A DNA stretch of 45,504 bases, filler included, from Catajapyx aquilonaris (Eukaryota): assembly GCA_000934665.2 (NCBI GenBank). It is 2 parts of 2 records of this genome, joined end to end, with 100 filler letters (N's around TTAATTAATTAA, not from the genome) between each part and the next. Parts side by side here need not be neighbours in the genome. Positions count along the whole stretch, not along the records: positions 1 to 22,697 come from JYFJ02005829.1; 1 more part is not named here. One strand, given 5' to 3'. The notes under the pieces are model-generated. The model worked only from the letters and a program-made list of their open reading frames with translations. It was not told the DNA's origin and searched no databases. The stretch's first letter is position 1, and each line of letters begins with the position of its first letter. A program made the translations under genes and the position numbers. Shown one piece after another: positions 11,645 through 22,662 of the stretch.

Positions 11645-11796
11645 CTATCGGGTTCAAATACTTTTGGCCACTTTATCCTGGTCTTGAAGCAACCCTTCGC
11701 ACAGACCCCACGTTAAGGAGGTGTGTGTGTGTGTGCGCGCGCGAAGGGTTGCTTCAAGACCAGGATAAAGTGGCCAAAAGTATTTGAACCTGCTAG
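11645..11796. mobile_element. Tc1/mariner-type palindromic MITE, TA TSD (copy 2)
   Basis: TA|ctatcgggttcaaatacttttggcc ... ggccaaaagtatttgaacctgctag|TA. Confidence 0.85.
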
Positions 11797-12038
11797 TACA
11801 TTACTGACAGAACCTGTTGTAACATTATTTCATACAAAAAGCAAGACCACTGCCTACGTTTTGTGCATGATAATATTGTTACTAATACTAGTCTATAAAC
11901 CTTTAGGCAATGTCCACAAAAAAAGCTGCATTTTCTGCTTGTAAAAATGTATTAATTTTAAAGTATTTCATTTATTATCAGTATGGCTAGTATCGTGACA
12001 CTTGTTTGGGAAAAACTCATGCAGTCATACCATAATAT

Positions 12039-12202
12039 CAGGGTCATCGAAAAAGAATTCGCGTATTTTAAAATCCTATAACTCAAGACTTGTAGACATA
12101 TCTTTGTCATTTAAGTTTTGAAATGCTAAGAAAGGTCTAAAGTTTTGGTCTCACTTTAGTTTGTCTCAATATGAGCTTTATTTGTCGCTCGGCAGATTTC
12201 TC
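12039..12202 (-). mobile_element. 3' end of a Tc1/mariner element
   Basis: The minus strand encodes EICRATNKAHIETN* (mariner-like transposase C-terminus, cf. DVCRVTNGAHIEHL). A terminus CAGGGTCATCGAAAAAGAATT lies at 12039. Confidence 0.6.
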
Positions 12203-12541
12203 TCATCCTCATCTTAAAAGAAATGAATATATGACAAGCTTTCACTAGAGGAAGAACCAGAGCAATCAGTCAGTTCTCCTTGACAACAAGTGCAATTTAC
12301 GTCTCCAGTGGACACAAAGAACTGAGGAAAGCTGACTTACACTTACATTCCAACATTTACATAATTATACTTCTGGCTCCTTTTCAGACGAAATTAGAAA
12401 ACAGAACTAAACCTATAAATTACTGTATAAGAAAAAACGATTGTTTTGCATTAATGGAAAATTACAGCTACACAGAAACATATAAGCTAAGTGAAGCAAT
12501 GTTTCAGTCAACTGATAACACAAGATTATATCTTATAAGTC

Positions 12542-13279
12542 CTAATGTGTGCCAAACAATATTCCTTGGAAAAAAAACTTCTCAAGCTCTATGCAACTCT
12601 GACATATTCCCCGAGTGCTCTGCAGAATGATTAAATCACAGTTGTATACTTTTAGCCAAATGCTCAAACATTTCAGGCTGGGCAGGTTCTCAACTAGGTG
12701 GATGGCAAGACAAGGTTTAGTAGGATAAGCATTGATATTTTTAAGGTGGCTGCAGCTTGAGAGAATTCTAAGGTCACGTGATCTGAGGCAATCCTCAATC
12801 ATCACATCCTCTAGGAGTGGGCAATTATTTTCAACCAACTGTTCCAGGTGCTGTGGGCCTGGAATCAATGTTGTCTTAACTTCACAGATATTTCTCAGGT
12901 TGGGAAATTGATGAGATTTTATCACATTGTTAGTGGATGTTAGTAAGTTTTAAAAACTTACGGCTCATTTTCATAACATGAACATTGGTGAACAATTGAC
13001 GGTAACAATGTGCTGGGAGTATCAGAAGGTCCTTTCCTTCCTCTGGGGTTATCTTGGTGCATTTCTGATGAAATGGTTCCTTCATGCTGTAGCTGTATTC
13101 TACCTTTGAGTACAACCTGAGTATCTTCAGTACAAATTCGTTTGCAAAGTATGTCATGGACAAATTGGGTAATCCCATTCTGATTGTGGCCATTGCTCCT
13201 CTTGCATGCTTAACACATTGCTGTCCAGGCTGTTCGTGCTCAAGCATCTCAGGGTTTCAGGCTGTTTCCTTCTTGGCAT
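12542..13279 (-). pseudogene. BC-box / leucine-rich-repeat substrate-receptor-like gene, frameshifted
   Basis: ATG at 13279 gives MPRRKQPETLRCLSTNSL, fitting the BC-box consensus [APST]LxxxC/SxxxL. After a shift near 13156 the frame reads TYFANEFVLKIL (cullin-box-like). After a second shift near 12930 come LRR-like units FPNLRNI, NCPLLEDV, SCSHLKNI, NLPSLKCL, SCIELEKF. Splice acceptor ttacag| at 13591 upstream. Confidence 0.6.
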
Positions 13280-13419
13280 GGCTATAGGGACAGGGAAAAA
13301 AACCCTGCCAGAACTAAATTGTAAGAGATTATCCGCATACTGCATGAATGGATTTTACATTATGCCAGCAGATGCCAGCAGTCTTTAAAGGGGAAGTTTT
13401 CTCATATAAAAAATATAGA

Positions 13420-14530
13420 ACCAATATTGTCTTCTTGTTTCACCTTAATGCCGTCCTGTACCTGCTCCCCCACCACCATTGCCTGATGACAATGCCTACT
13501 CCTCATCCTCATTGATGGGGGTTTTGGCAGCTATCTCTTTCATCTCAGGCATTTGGTGGTTCATATGCACCATATCACCTTTTCCTTCACCTGTAAGAGA
13601 TGTCAAAGTGCTATAAGGAAGCTCCAGAAGTTTTAGCTTGAAAATCCCATGTGAGTCTGGATACGTTCACATAATTATGAATACCGGTATCGGTATGTTA
13701 TCTCAAAAACGAAAAACCCAGTTATTTCATTACTCCGGCATTGTCTATTAATCATTATTTTGCCTTAATATATTGTAAGAGTCTGGTATTCGAGTAATGC
13801 ACTGCTAGCAGAATCTATTTGGCATACTGAAATATCCATTATAATACCGGGCTGTACCCCACAACCTAATCATTGGAATGAAGACAATATTTTAGTGGTA
13901 GGTGATAAAGAAGGTCGAGTCTAAATTAAGTAATTAACTGCCTTAATATTTTTGGGAGACACTTGCAGGAATTACAACAAAAGTGATTAAATGTCACAAA
14001 AAATCACAAGTCCACAAACCCACTTGTCAGTAATATATGCACGAATATGTTCAAGTAATGCACTGAAATGCTCATCTTCTCTTAAAACTTCATTGCCTGC
14101 TCAGTGTAGTAGTGGTTCAATTATTTAATGCCCTTCACAGTGCCTTCACAGTGAAAGACACAATACCCAAGGGGGTAATCACTTCGGTACTCCAGTGTAC
14201 ACTTGCGAGTGGTACTCCCTGGTACTCCTCAGGTACCTCACTCTTTATTACTCCTTGGTACTCCTTGAATTTGGTACTCCAGTGTACACTTTTCAGTCGA
14301 GTGATTATACCCCCTTGACAATACCTGTTACCAAATCTTCCATTCAGAGAACCATATTATTGTAAAAGGGGTTACAATTCATCCCATATTTTCAGCTGGT
14401 CCCAATTGCACATTGGCCTAGTTACAGTGTAAAATGAAAAGGCTTCATTCTTTTCAGTTCAGTATTTAAGGTACTAATTTCATTCTTGTCAACGTGCTTT
14501 TGCAGAGTCACAGGGAGGGCAGGAAGACAT
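13420..14530. repeat. Old segmental duplication, copy A (intron plus exon start)
   Basis: Colinear with 16240-17195: gtgagtctggat, cagttatttca, agtaatgcactgctag, gacaatattttagtg, ctgaaatgctcatct, tgtaaaaggggtt, gtacctgctccccca. Confidence 0.85.
14168..14317. mobile_element. 150-bp MITE with 8-bp TSD (P- or hAT-type)
   Basis: TIR CAAGGGGGTAATCACT / AGTGATTATACCCCCTTG. Perfect TSD ACAATACC at 14160-14167 and 14318-14325. Internal ggtactcc repeats. Absent from the paralogous segment near 16950. Confidence 0.9.
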
Positions 14531-14904
14531 GTGCCATATATGTTTTTGATGAAACACATAATATTGGTGTATCCAAATTGTATTGCATGATACTCAACTC
14601 ATTTGCAGGTTTGCCTTTCACGACAGAAGCATAAAATTAAGGCATGCCTGTTGATCTGATACATATTGTGACCAAGTGAGAGTGAGGGAACAAAATGATT
14701 TTTGATGAAGCTGTCCTGTAATGGGATGAATAGAAGCTATAGATGAGACTCGGGCTAATAGGGTGCAAGTGTCCACACGATCAGTGGCCAAGGTCATCCA
14801 GGGATTTGCAAGGCTAATGCAACGTAACGATCCCAACATCACCACTGGCTTCACCTGACAGATGGTGATATTCCACTGGCCTCCTTCTTCTAGGCTGCAC
14901 ACTA

Positions 14905-15385
14905 ATCATCTGAGCCATTTTCATCACTGTCATCCTCACCAAGGAGAATAACCGGAAGCTTGCCTCTGGTGTTTATTTTACTTCCTGCATCCCAGCATTT
15001 GTCCATGAGCTCAGGCACATGCCCAACATGGTTGGACTACACTACAAGAGTTGCTCTTGCCTAAGCTTCAGCTCACACCCTCCACATTTTTGCCTCCCTA
15101 ACATCTTTTAATCCATAAGCCCTTTAGAGTACTTTTTGGCATTTGATCCCTCATCCCACTCGATCTGGTGGAAGTGGCAGTAGTACAGTATAGTACAGTG
15201 AAAGTCGAACTACTTCATGGACAGCATTCCTCACATACTTGTCCACTGCATACACCTTGTACGACTCCTTGTGGATCATGGCAAGTGCAAGAAGTTTTTC
15301 AAGTTCCATCTCAGGGAAGGTAACCTCTTGCTTCTCCATCCAGTCTACCAGCTGCTTCTTGTTCCACTTGGTGGCAGCTGGTAGG
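14905..15385 (-). mobile_element. IS630-Tc1-mariner (DDE_3-type) transposase remnant
   Basis: KWNKKQLVDWMEKQEVTF...YAVDKYVRNAVHEVVRL.LYY then CHFHQIEW (degenerate H.VLRLPPYHC.LNPIE). Acidic tail EDDSDENGSDD. Frameshifted. Confidence 0.75.
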
Positions 15386-15968
15386 AAGAGAGTCTTCAAG
15401 AATCTGTAAAAAGCATCTGTAATGTGAAATGAAGAAATTTCAGTGTTAGAATGTTCAGTGATCAGTGTCTGGCATTATTTCAATCACATAGGCCCTTAGG
15501 GAGCACTCAAAATACCTACATAATACAAGAAAGTTGCAATGTGAGGTAGAATAAAGTCCATGCTAAGCCAAACAATGCCACTGGCCATACCAATTCCGAC
15601 CCTGCACAAGACATACAAAATAAAAATACAAATAACATGGCAAGATTGCCCATCCACTTTGAACACTGTCCACCTAAATACAAATGTGTTTATGCATTAT
15701 CACATTCTCTGTCAGGATCATGGAGCTAGGCTGTTGTGATTACATATGTTTACATGGCATACATGGCAATGTGTACACCTGAATAGCAAGGGATAGCAAG
15801 TTTTGGCAATGTAAAGATGTAAGGGATATCATCTGCTCTTCTGTACTGACATATTCCTCAAATTCCCTTCTATGCAACAAATGCCATGCAGTAATGCTCA
15901 CCTGCGCTACCATTTTTGTCATCCTCTCCATTATTTGAACTGAGACAGGGCTTTGAACATCCACTCAC

Positions 15969-17416
15969 CTGTGGGGTTTTGTCTGTAGTGCAAAAATGAT
16001 CTCCAGTGCAGAGGCTCTGGTCAACGTTTTTTCTTTCTTGACTGATAACAGTGCTCTCTCTGTATTTCTTGCCTTCTCAAACAGAGTGGAGTTACTTCCT
16101 GTTGCACTACCAAGAGCTGTAGCCAATGCTCCTTAGTTACTCTCTGTTTCCTATCCTGCTTCATCCACTGTTTCCCTCTAATTGTTTATCTGTTTCATCT
16201 ACACCTTTCTTGTCACTATGGCATTGCTCTTAGCTTGGAATGCAGATCCAGCAATATTACCTCTTGTTGGGCATGAATGCCTTGCTGTACCTGCTCCCCC
16301 ACCTCAACTGACTGCTGATACTGCTTCCTTCTCCTCTTCTGTGGTGATGGTCTCGACAGCTTCTCTATTATCTCAGACGTTTCTGATTTCATCTGCACCT
16401 CACCTCATTCAACTCTTCCTTCAGCTGTAAAAGTTGCAAAGTGTTGGAATGAATCTGCAGCTGTTTCAGATTGAAAAGTCATAAAAAGGTGAGTCTGGAT
16501 GTGTACACATATGAATATCACAAAAACACAGTTATTTCACTGCAGGGGCACTGTCATCCTTCCATACGTTGCCTGATTACTGGCATAATAAGAGAGTGCT
16601 ACTCCAGTAATGCACTGCTAGAAGTAGAATTTATTAAACATGCTGAAATAGCCACTATAATATGAGCATGTACTACACAACCAAGTAGTTATAACAGACA
16701 ATATTTTAGTGCTAAGTAATGCAGAAGATCAAGACCAAATTAACTGCTTCAGTATTATTGGTGGCAGCAAGCTCTTGGTGGCAGCCACCTGCAAGAATTC
16801 CAACAAAAGCATTAAATGTCACAAAATATCACAATATGGCCCAATATGTTCACGGAAACCACTGAAATGCTCATCTCGTCCCAAAACTACACCGCCTCCT
16901 CACTAGTAGTGGTTCAATTCAATATCCTTCACAGTCCCTTCACAAAGAAAGACATTTCCAGGTGTAATCCCCCGTTTATATCAAATCTTTCATTAGGACA
17001 GAAAATATAGGCTATTGTAAAAGGGGTTGCTCGTATTAATGCCAAGTTTCCAAATCTTTCCAATTACATATCCCTGATGCAGTTATTGTGTAAATCGGAA
17101 GGCTTCATTCCTTCCAGTTCAGTGATTAAGGTAATTTCCATATAGCGAACATGCTTTTGCAATGCCACAAGGAGCAGTGCAGGAAGGCATGTGTGAAAAT
17201 AATGATATTATGCAAATAAATGCGACATGCTGTGAACCAAGAACCAGACCTTACTTGGTGATGCTGTTGTTGCAGTCATAATAGCACCTCTTGTAATGGT
17301 GCATCTCTATTTCCAGCTGCTGATTGCGGATCTGCAGAGTAGCAAAGAGCTGCAACATCTGATTCACATGACCTGCTTGCTGGCTCTCAGCAGCCGTGCC
17401 CAGCCTTCAGATGACA
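15969..17416 (-). other. Degraded exon-like segments (5' part of a minus-strand transcript or coiled-coil pseudogene)
   Basis: GC-rich exon-like block about 17416-17252 ending at donor |gtaagg. Second block from acceptor ttttacag| (16424) to donor |gtgagt (about 15969). It contains Q/E/K-rich reading-frame fragments broken by stops and frameshifts. Confidence 0.35.
16240..17195. repeat. Old segmental duplication, copy B
   Basis: Colinear with 13420-14530 in the same orientation, offset about 2.7-2.8 kb. Confidence 0.85.
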
Positions 17417-17534
17417 TGGCGACAGCAGACGACGCGCTGTTACTGCTCGGCGGGCATTCCGAGAACCATTAATGCACATTACAGTACTGTACTGCATATG
17501 CGCGCCACACGAGGCGCCACATGAGGCCGCGTGA

Positions 17535-17550
17535 GGCGGCCATTTTGGCT
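17535..17550 (-). promoter_or_regulatory. YY1/Pho-type motif (AAAATGGCCGC) in a GC-rich putative promoter
   Basis: gcggccattttgg at about 17536-17548, immediately left of the foldback insertion and upstream of the minus-strand exon-like block. Confidence 0.4.
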
Positions 17551-18083
17551 GGTTTTTTGCTTAGACCATATATACCAGTAGACGCTCCCCTCCCGTTTAC
17601 GAGCAAGCGCAGAAGTGAAACCTGCCGTTCTGAGGGGGGGATCACGTGACTTAGGGCAAAAGGGAGGCGGGAAGGCGAAATTAACATGGCGCCTTATGGG
17701 GATTCCGACTGTCTTTGCGCCGTCACTGTCAGGCGCCTATTGGGACTAAAAATATGCAATGGGTACCAAATGATAGCTCCACTCATGCCCCGTCTCATGC
17801 CGTACATCTCCATCCGAGAGGTTGAGCGGGGAAGGACATAAAAAATCCTACACTTTGTCATTGTTTCTCGCCGGAAGTGCAGTTTGTGTCACTACATCAC
17901 TCAAACAACCACATTAAAATGCTCCAAATTTTAATATGTTGTACAGACAATCTTCCTCTGCATATTTCACCAACTCGGGGCCGATTATAGAGGTTGATTT
18001 AATTATTCGAAAATAAAAAAGTGATATCGGAACTTAGGGCAGCTTCAGTTATAAGTACTGATTGATCAAAGTCCGTGCAAAAC

Positions 18084-18085
<2 letters not shown>

Positions 18086-18165
<80 letters not shown>
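18086..18165. repeat. (AAT)n microsatellite
   Basis: Perfect AAT tandem run. Confidence 0.95.
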
Positions 18166-18518
18166 TTTTATTTTTATTATGTACCCCGTTGTGGGCCTAA
18201 GCGCTATAGGGGGGTGGCACACCACCATCAGTTTTCTCAGTGTATTTACACTTTTTTTCTTCATTCACCGGTGCAAGGAGTCAAGGATGTCGGGTATAGG
18301 GGTAGGGATTTTTTGGGGAGGGAACATAGGTGCAAGTGCAATGTCTACAAATGGGTCATGTGCTGTCCCCCAGGAGGTTAGGTTGCCAGACACCTCCTTG
18401 GTGCAGGTCAGAGACCCTCCTGACGCAGGTGAAAGGAAAGTTCCCCAGGCGGGGATCGAACCTGGGGCCTTTCACTCAGCAAGCCGAGACGTTACCATCA
18501 CGGCCACCACACCTCCCC
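18165..18518 (-). mobile_element. tRNA-derived SINE inserted in the (AAT)n core of the foldback
   Basis: Minus-strand head GGGGAGGTGTGGTGGCCGTGATGG (A box) ... GGTTCGATCCC (B box), then a unique body and an A-rich/(ATT)n tail merging with the microsatellite. Confidence 0.8.
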
Positions 18519-18575
<57 letters not shown>

Positions 18576-18637
18576 GGCACAATTATTATTATTACTGCTA
18601 CTATTGCTGCTGCTGCTATTACTATTACTATTATTAC

Positions 18638-18697
<60 letters not shown>
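18519..18697. repeat. (AAT)n followed by inverted (ATT/ACT/GCT)n microsatellite; foldback centre
   Basis: AAT run, then the short spacer aggcac, then an ATT-rich run. Confidence 0.9.
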
Positions 18698-18699
<2 letters not shown>

Positions 18700-19990
18700 G
18701 TTTTGCGCGGACTTTGATCAATCAGTACCTAACTGAAGCTGCCCTAAGTTCCGATATCACTTTTTTATTTTCGAATAATTAAATCAACCTCAATAATCGT
18801 CCCCGAGTTGGTGAAATATGCAGAGGAAGATTGCCTGTACAACATATTAAAATTTGGAACATTTTAATGTGGTTGTTTGAGTGATGTAGTGACACAAACT
18901 GCACTTCCGGCGAGAAACAATGACAAAGTGTAGGATTTTTTATGTCCTTCCCCGCTCAACCTCTCGGATGGAGATGTACGGCATGAGACGGGGCATGAGT
19001 GGAGCTATCATTTGGTACCCATTGCATATTTTTAGTCCCTATAGGCGCCTGACAGTGACGGCGCGAAGATAGTCGGAATCCCCATAAGGCGCCATGTTAA
19101 TTTCGCCTTCCCGCCTCCCTTTTGCCCTAAGTCACGTGATCCCCCCTCAGAGTGGGAGGTTTCACTTTTGAAAGGGAGATGGAGCGTCTACTGGTATATA
19201 TGGTCTAAGGTTTTTTGTTGGTCGCGTCAGAGGGAGGTGTGAACGCACCCTATTTCTCTTTCTTCACGGCTGGACGGTTGGTGTTCCTTCTCAGCAAGGT
19301 GTATAGAGGACCGGTGGCTCCTCTCCAGGCTTGTTTGTGCAGCCCGTAAGCAAGGCAAAAGCGGGTTCAAATTTTCTCCGCCAGAGCGCACTTGCGTCGA
19401 CCTTAGGTCTAGGCTGAGGCCCAGGCGTTGATAAATATGTTCACTTCTCTACTTTCAGTCTATAGTTCTAGGCCTGGTCAAGCGTCTGTGGTCTCAAAGA
19501 TTAGAGAATAGAAGAGAGCCTATTCACTTTTTTTTGGGGTGGTCGCCCTATCGTCGATCGTCGCGCGCTCTGTCGGCAGATTTCTAAGCTGATTTCCCCT
19601 TCGAGAGGGGCTTCACGAATAAGCAGCTATTTTGGCCCAAGTCGAGGCACCGCTGTACCTGCACCGTGCTTCTCAGGAATCTCAGCCATTATTCCACACG
19701 ATCTTGACACGTCCGGGAAGCAAGTCGCCCAATTCTAACCCCTCTTCCATCGAAAGCCGAGCCTAGGGCACCGCCCGTGCTACACACACTGACGCAGAAG
19801 CTAGTCTCCACAGCAGGTGAGCATTCTGTACTATCCATTTCGGTCTAGTTCTAGTCCTAGTTGTAGCACCCAACTGTCACCTTGAGACGCAGCTTGGATG
19901 ATGTATTTGATCGTCGAATTTAGGGACGAATAAAGTGGCACCTAGTACATGACACTTGTTTTATTGTTTCCAGGTTATTAGTGCCGAATT

Positions 19991-20338
19991 ATGGCTGCAA
20001 CCAGGGAGGAGAAGGTGATGTATGCTGGTTGTGAAGGACCGGATTCCAAGTACGTGAAGTTGATCTCGTCAGATGGGCACGAATTCATTGTCAAGAGGTG
20101 CTACGCCCTGACCTCGGGAATCATCCAGGCCATGCTGAGTGGACCAGGGCCGTACTCAGAGAAGGAGACCAACGAGATCAAGTTTCGGGAGATCCCATCC
20201 CATGTTCTGCAGATGGTCTGCTGGTACATCCAGTACAAGACCCAGTTCACCATTTCGCCCACGCAGAACCCAGAATTTCCCATCTCCCGTGAGATGACCA
20301 TGGAGCTGCTAATGGCTGCCAACTTTCTCGACTGCTGA
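19991..20338 (+). CDS. EloC: Elongin C (ELOC/TCEB1) diverged paralog, 115 aa, intronless CDS
   Basis: The translation [24 protein letters not shown]...AMLSGPG...FREIPSHVL...PEFPI...[11 protein letters not shown] matches Elongin C end to end. Probable 5'UTR intron 19817-19973 (cag|gtgagc ... tttccag|). AATAAA at 20617-20622. Confidence 0.95.
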   Translation: MAATREEKVMYAGCEGPDSKYVKLISSDGHEFIVKRCYALTSGIIQAMLSGPGPYSEKETNEIKFREIPSHVLQMVCWYIQYKTQFTISPTQNPEFPISREMTMELLMAANFLDC

Positions 20339-21007
20339 TTTTCCTTCCCAACCCCAACAAAAAGGTCTGCTTGTTGTTTATACATTAGGATGAAGATGAT
20401 GAAATTATTGCAGCCATTATTCTGTTGAGCGTTATTCCTTTGTTTTTCTTTTATCATCAAGCAGTAGGCCTTGCCATGTACTGTATAGTCAGAAGCATGT
20501 ATTCATTGTTTCTTTGAAACTGTTACAAAACAAGATCTAGCAATAGTTCCTCCCCAAATAGTCTGATATTGTGGTGTTGATTATGTTAGTCTGGTCTTAC
20601 AAATTGGCAGTCATGAAATAAATTCAACAACAGTGACGATGGTGATGATGGATTTGTGTGGGTTTGGAACACTTTGGAATTGTGTGGTACTAATTGCATT
20701 ATTGTGGTTCATCCGGAACACGTTGTTGATCATTGTTGGTAACAATGTTCTAGGCAACATGTAGCAAGGATCAACCAACTTGTTCTGGGTTTACTGCAAG
20801 ACATTCAACTGCCCCTAAGTGAACGCTACACAAAAACCATTGTTTATTCATATTTATTATTATTGTGAAGTTCTCACTGGAGCTTGTATTCCATTTATGT
20901 TTCATTAAGAGAAGCAGACCATATGTCCATATGTATGGACTTGACAAATATGGAAATAAATTGTGCACCATAATCCAAGTGTTTGCCATGAGAATTATTT
21001 ATGCCTG

Positions 21008-22108
21008 ACAATCAAAGTGACTCTTCTCACCCTCCTGAAATTTGATTTTTTTTGGATTTTTTAATTCGGCTTGGCCTATAGTGCTGAGAAAACATCACCT
21101 CCGCTGCTAATTTCCACGTTAGCAGGATGAAAATACAGCCAAAAGTCGATGTTCCAAAGCCACAACACCTGCGTCCGGTCGCGAGTCGCTCGTCCCGGCT
21201 GCCCGGTCGCGGTCGCCTTTCACCGCGTCTGTAGCTCTCTCTCGCTCTCTCCGGTGCCACGAAGAAGATCTCGCACGATTTGAAGTCGAAGGCGATTATA
21301 AGAAATGAGAGTTAGGACAGGGAGCATATATACTACATAAGAGGCGCAAACATTCGATTTGCGCGTCTCTCTATTTGGAGCCAAGGCTGGCGGCTATTTT
21401 TTAACGGGGCCAACGAGGTGTACATAGGGTACAGGCAGGCCGTAATGGTCCGCCATCTTTGATGGTTTTGGCGGAGGCCATGCCACTTTACGGCAAGAAC
21501 AAGCGCGAATTTGAATATTTTATGCCGTACTTACGGAATTAATACGTAGAAAAGTACATTAAAAGAGCTCATACGGCAAAAATATTCAAATTCGCGCGTG
21601 TACTTGCCATGAAGTGCCATGGCCGCCGCCAAAAGCATCAAAGATGGCGGACCTTTACGGCCTGCCTGTACCCTATTTACACCTCGTTGGCCCCGTTTAA
21701 AAATGGCCGCCAGCCTTGGCTCCAAGCAGAGAGACGCGCAAATCGAATGTTTGCGCCTCTTATGTAGTATAATTATGCTCCCTGTCCTGGCTCTCCATTC
21801 TTATAATCGCCTTCGACTTCAAAGCGTGCGAGACTGCGAATGACACCTCTCCTTCGTGGCACCGGAGAGAGCGGGAGAGAGCTACAGACGCGGTGAAAGG
21901 CGACCGCGATCGGGCAGCCGGGACGAGCGACTCGCGACCGGACGCAGGTGTTGTGGTTTTGGAACATCGCCTCTTGGCTGTATTTTCACCCTGCTAACGT
22001 GGAAATTAGCAGCGGAGGTGATGTTTTCTCAGCACTATAGGCCAAGCCGAATTAAAAAATCCAAGCATTTTCAAAATTCCGGAGGGTAAGAAGAGTCATT
22101 TTGGTTGT
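21008..22108. mobile_element. Foldback element of about 1.1 kb (long imperfect inverted repeat)
   Basis: Arms about 21008-21529 and 21572-22108 are reverse complements, e.g. cggcttggcctatagtgctgagaaaacatcacc / ggtgatgttttctcagcactataggccaagccg. They produce the mirrored ORFs 21027-21260(-) and 21856-22089(+). Exact termini and TSD are unclear. Confidence 0.85.
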
Positions 22109-22582
22109 GAGTTGTGTTTCAGCGTTTCAGGTAATGAGAAATTATTAAGACGTCATGTAGCAAGATGTGTTATTGGAAGTACAATAACGTCGTAATGGAA
22201 AACTGTTAGGCCACATTGCACCAAAATCTGCACTCATTGTTCTCTGGTGCCAGATAGTAATCGAATATGGATTGAAGAATAGAAAATTTAAAAGAAGAAA
22301 CGATTTACCCAAGATGACCTCGGCAAATATGATATTACCATGCCAGCCATTGACGATGGAACTTGCGTCAAAAGGGAGCGACCACGTTCAGGGGGAGCCA
22401 GATGCACCTCTTAGTCACCTCCTGACTTCTCCTGTTATCCTACTATCCTCCAGGCCCGTTGTGGCAATTGCTGTCAGAGCCGGCTGGAAACAAGTGAATA
22501 ATATTTTAAACCTCAAAACCACGCTCAAAACTGGACTTGTGCAGAAATGGGGTTGCCGGGTGTTGCCACCAGTGTTTGCCAC

Positions 22583-22662
22583 TATACCATTGCCTCTTTC
22601 ACCAGATCGAGTGGGATGAGTGATCAAATGCCAAGAAGCACTCTAAAGGGCTTATGGATTAA
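22583..22662 (+). mobile_element. Fragment of the same DDE transposase, cut at a TTAA site
   Basis: caccagatcgagtgggatgagtgatcaaatgccaagaagcactctaaagggcttatggattaa is the near reverse complement of 15108-15170. Confidence 0.75.

Larger units (their letters stand above)
17560..19209. mobile_element. Foldback (long-TIR) non-autonomous DNA transposon with 8-bp TSD
   Basis: Ends CTTAGACCATATATACCAGTAGACGCTCC / GGAGCGTCTACTGGTATATATGGTCTAAG. Arms of about 520 bp (17560-18087 and 18694-19209). TSD GTTTTTTG at 17552-17559 and 19210-19217. The centre is (AAT)n / (ATT)n. An 8-bp TSD fits the P or hAT superfamily. Confidence 0.9.

Noticed and set aside
14186..14290. Short repeated ggtactcc units resembling a repeat-spacer array
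   Set aside because: Irregular 8-bp units inside a TSD-flanked MITE in eukaryotic DNA; not CRISPR.
18049..18782. Poly-Ile/Asn/Tyr ORFs
   Set aside because: Translations of AAT/ATT microsatellites and a SINE.
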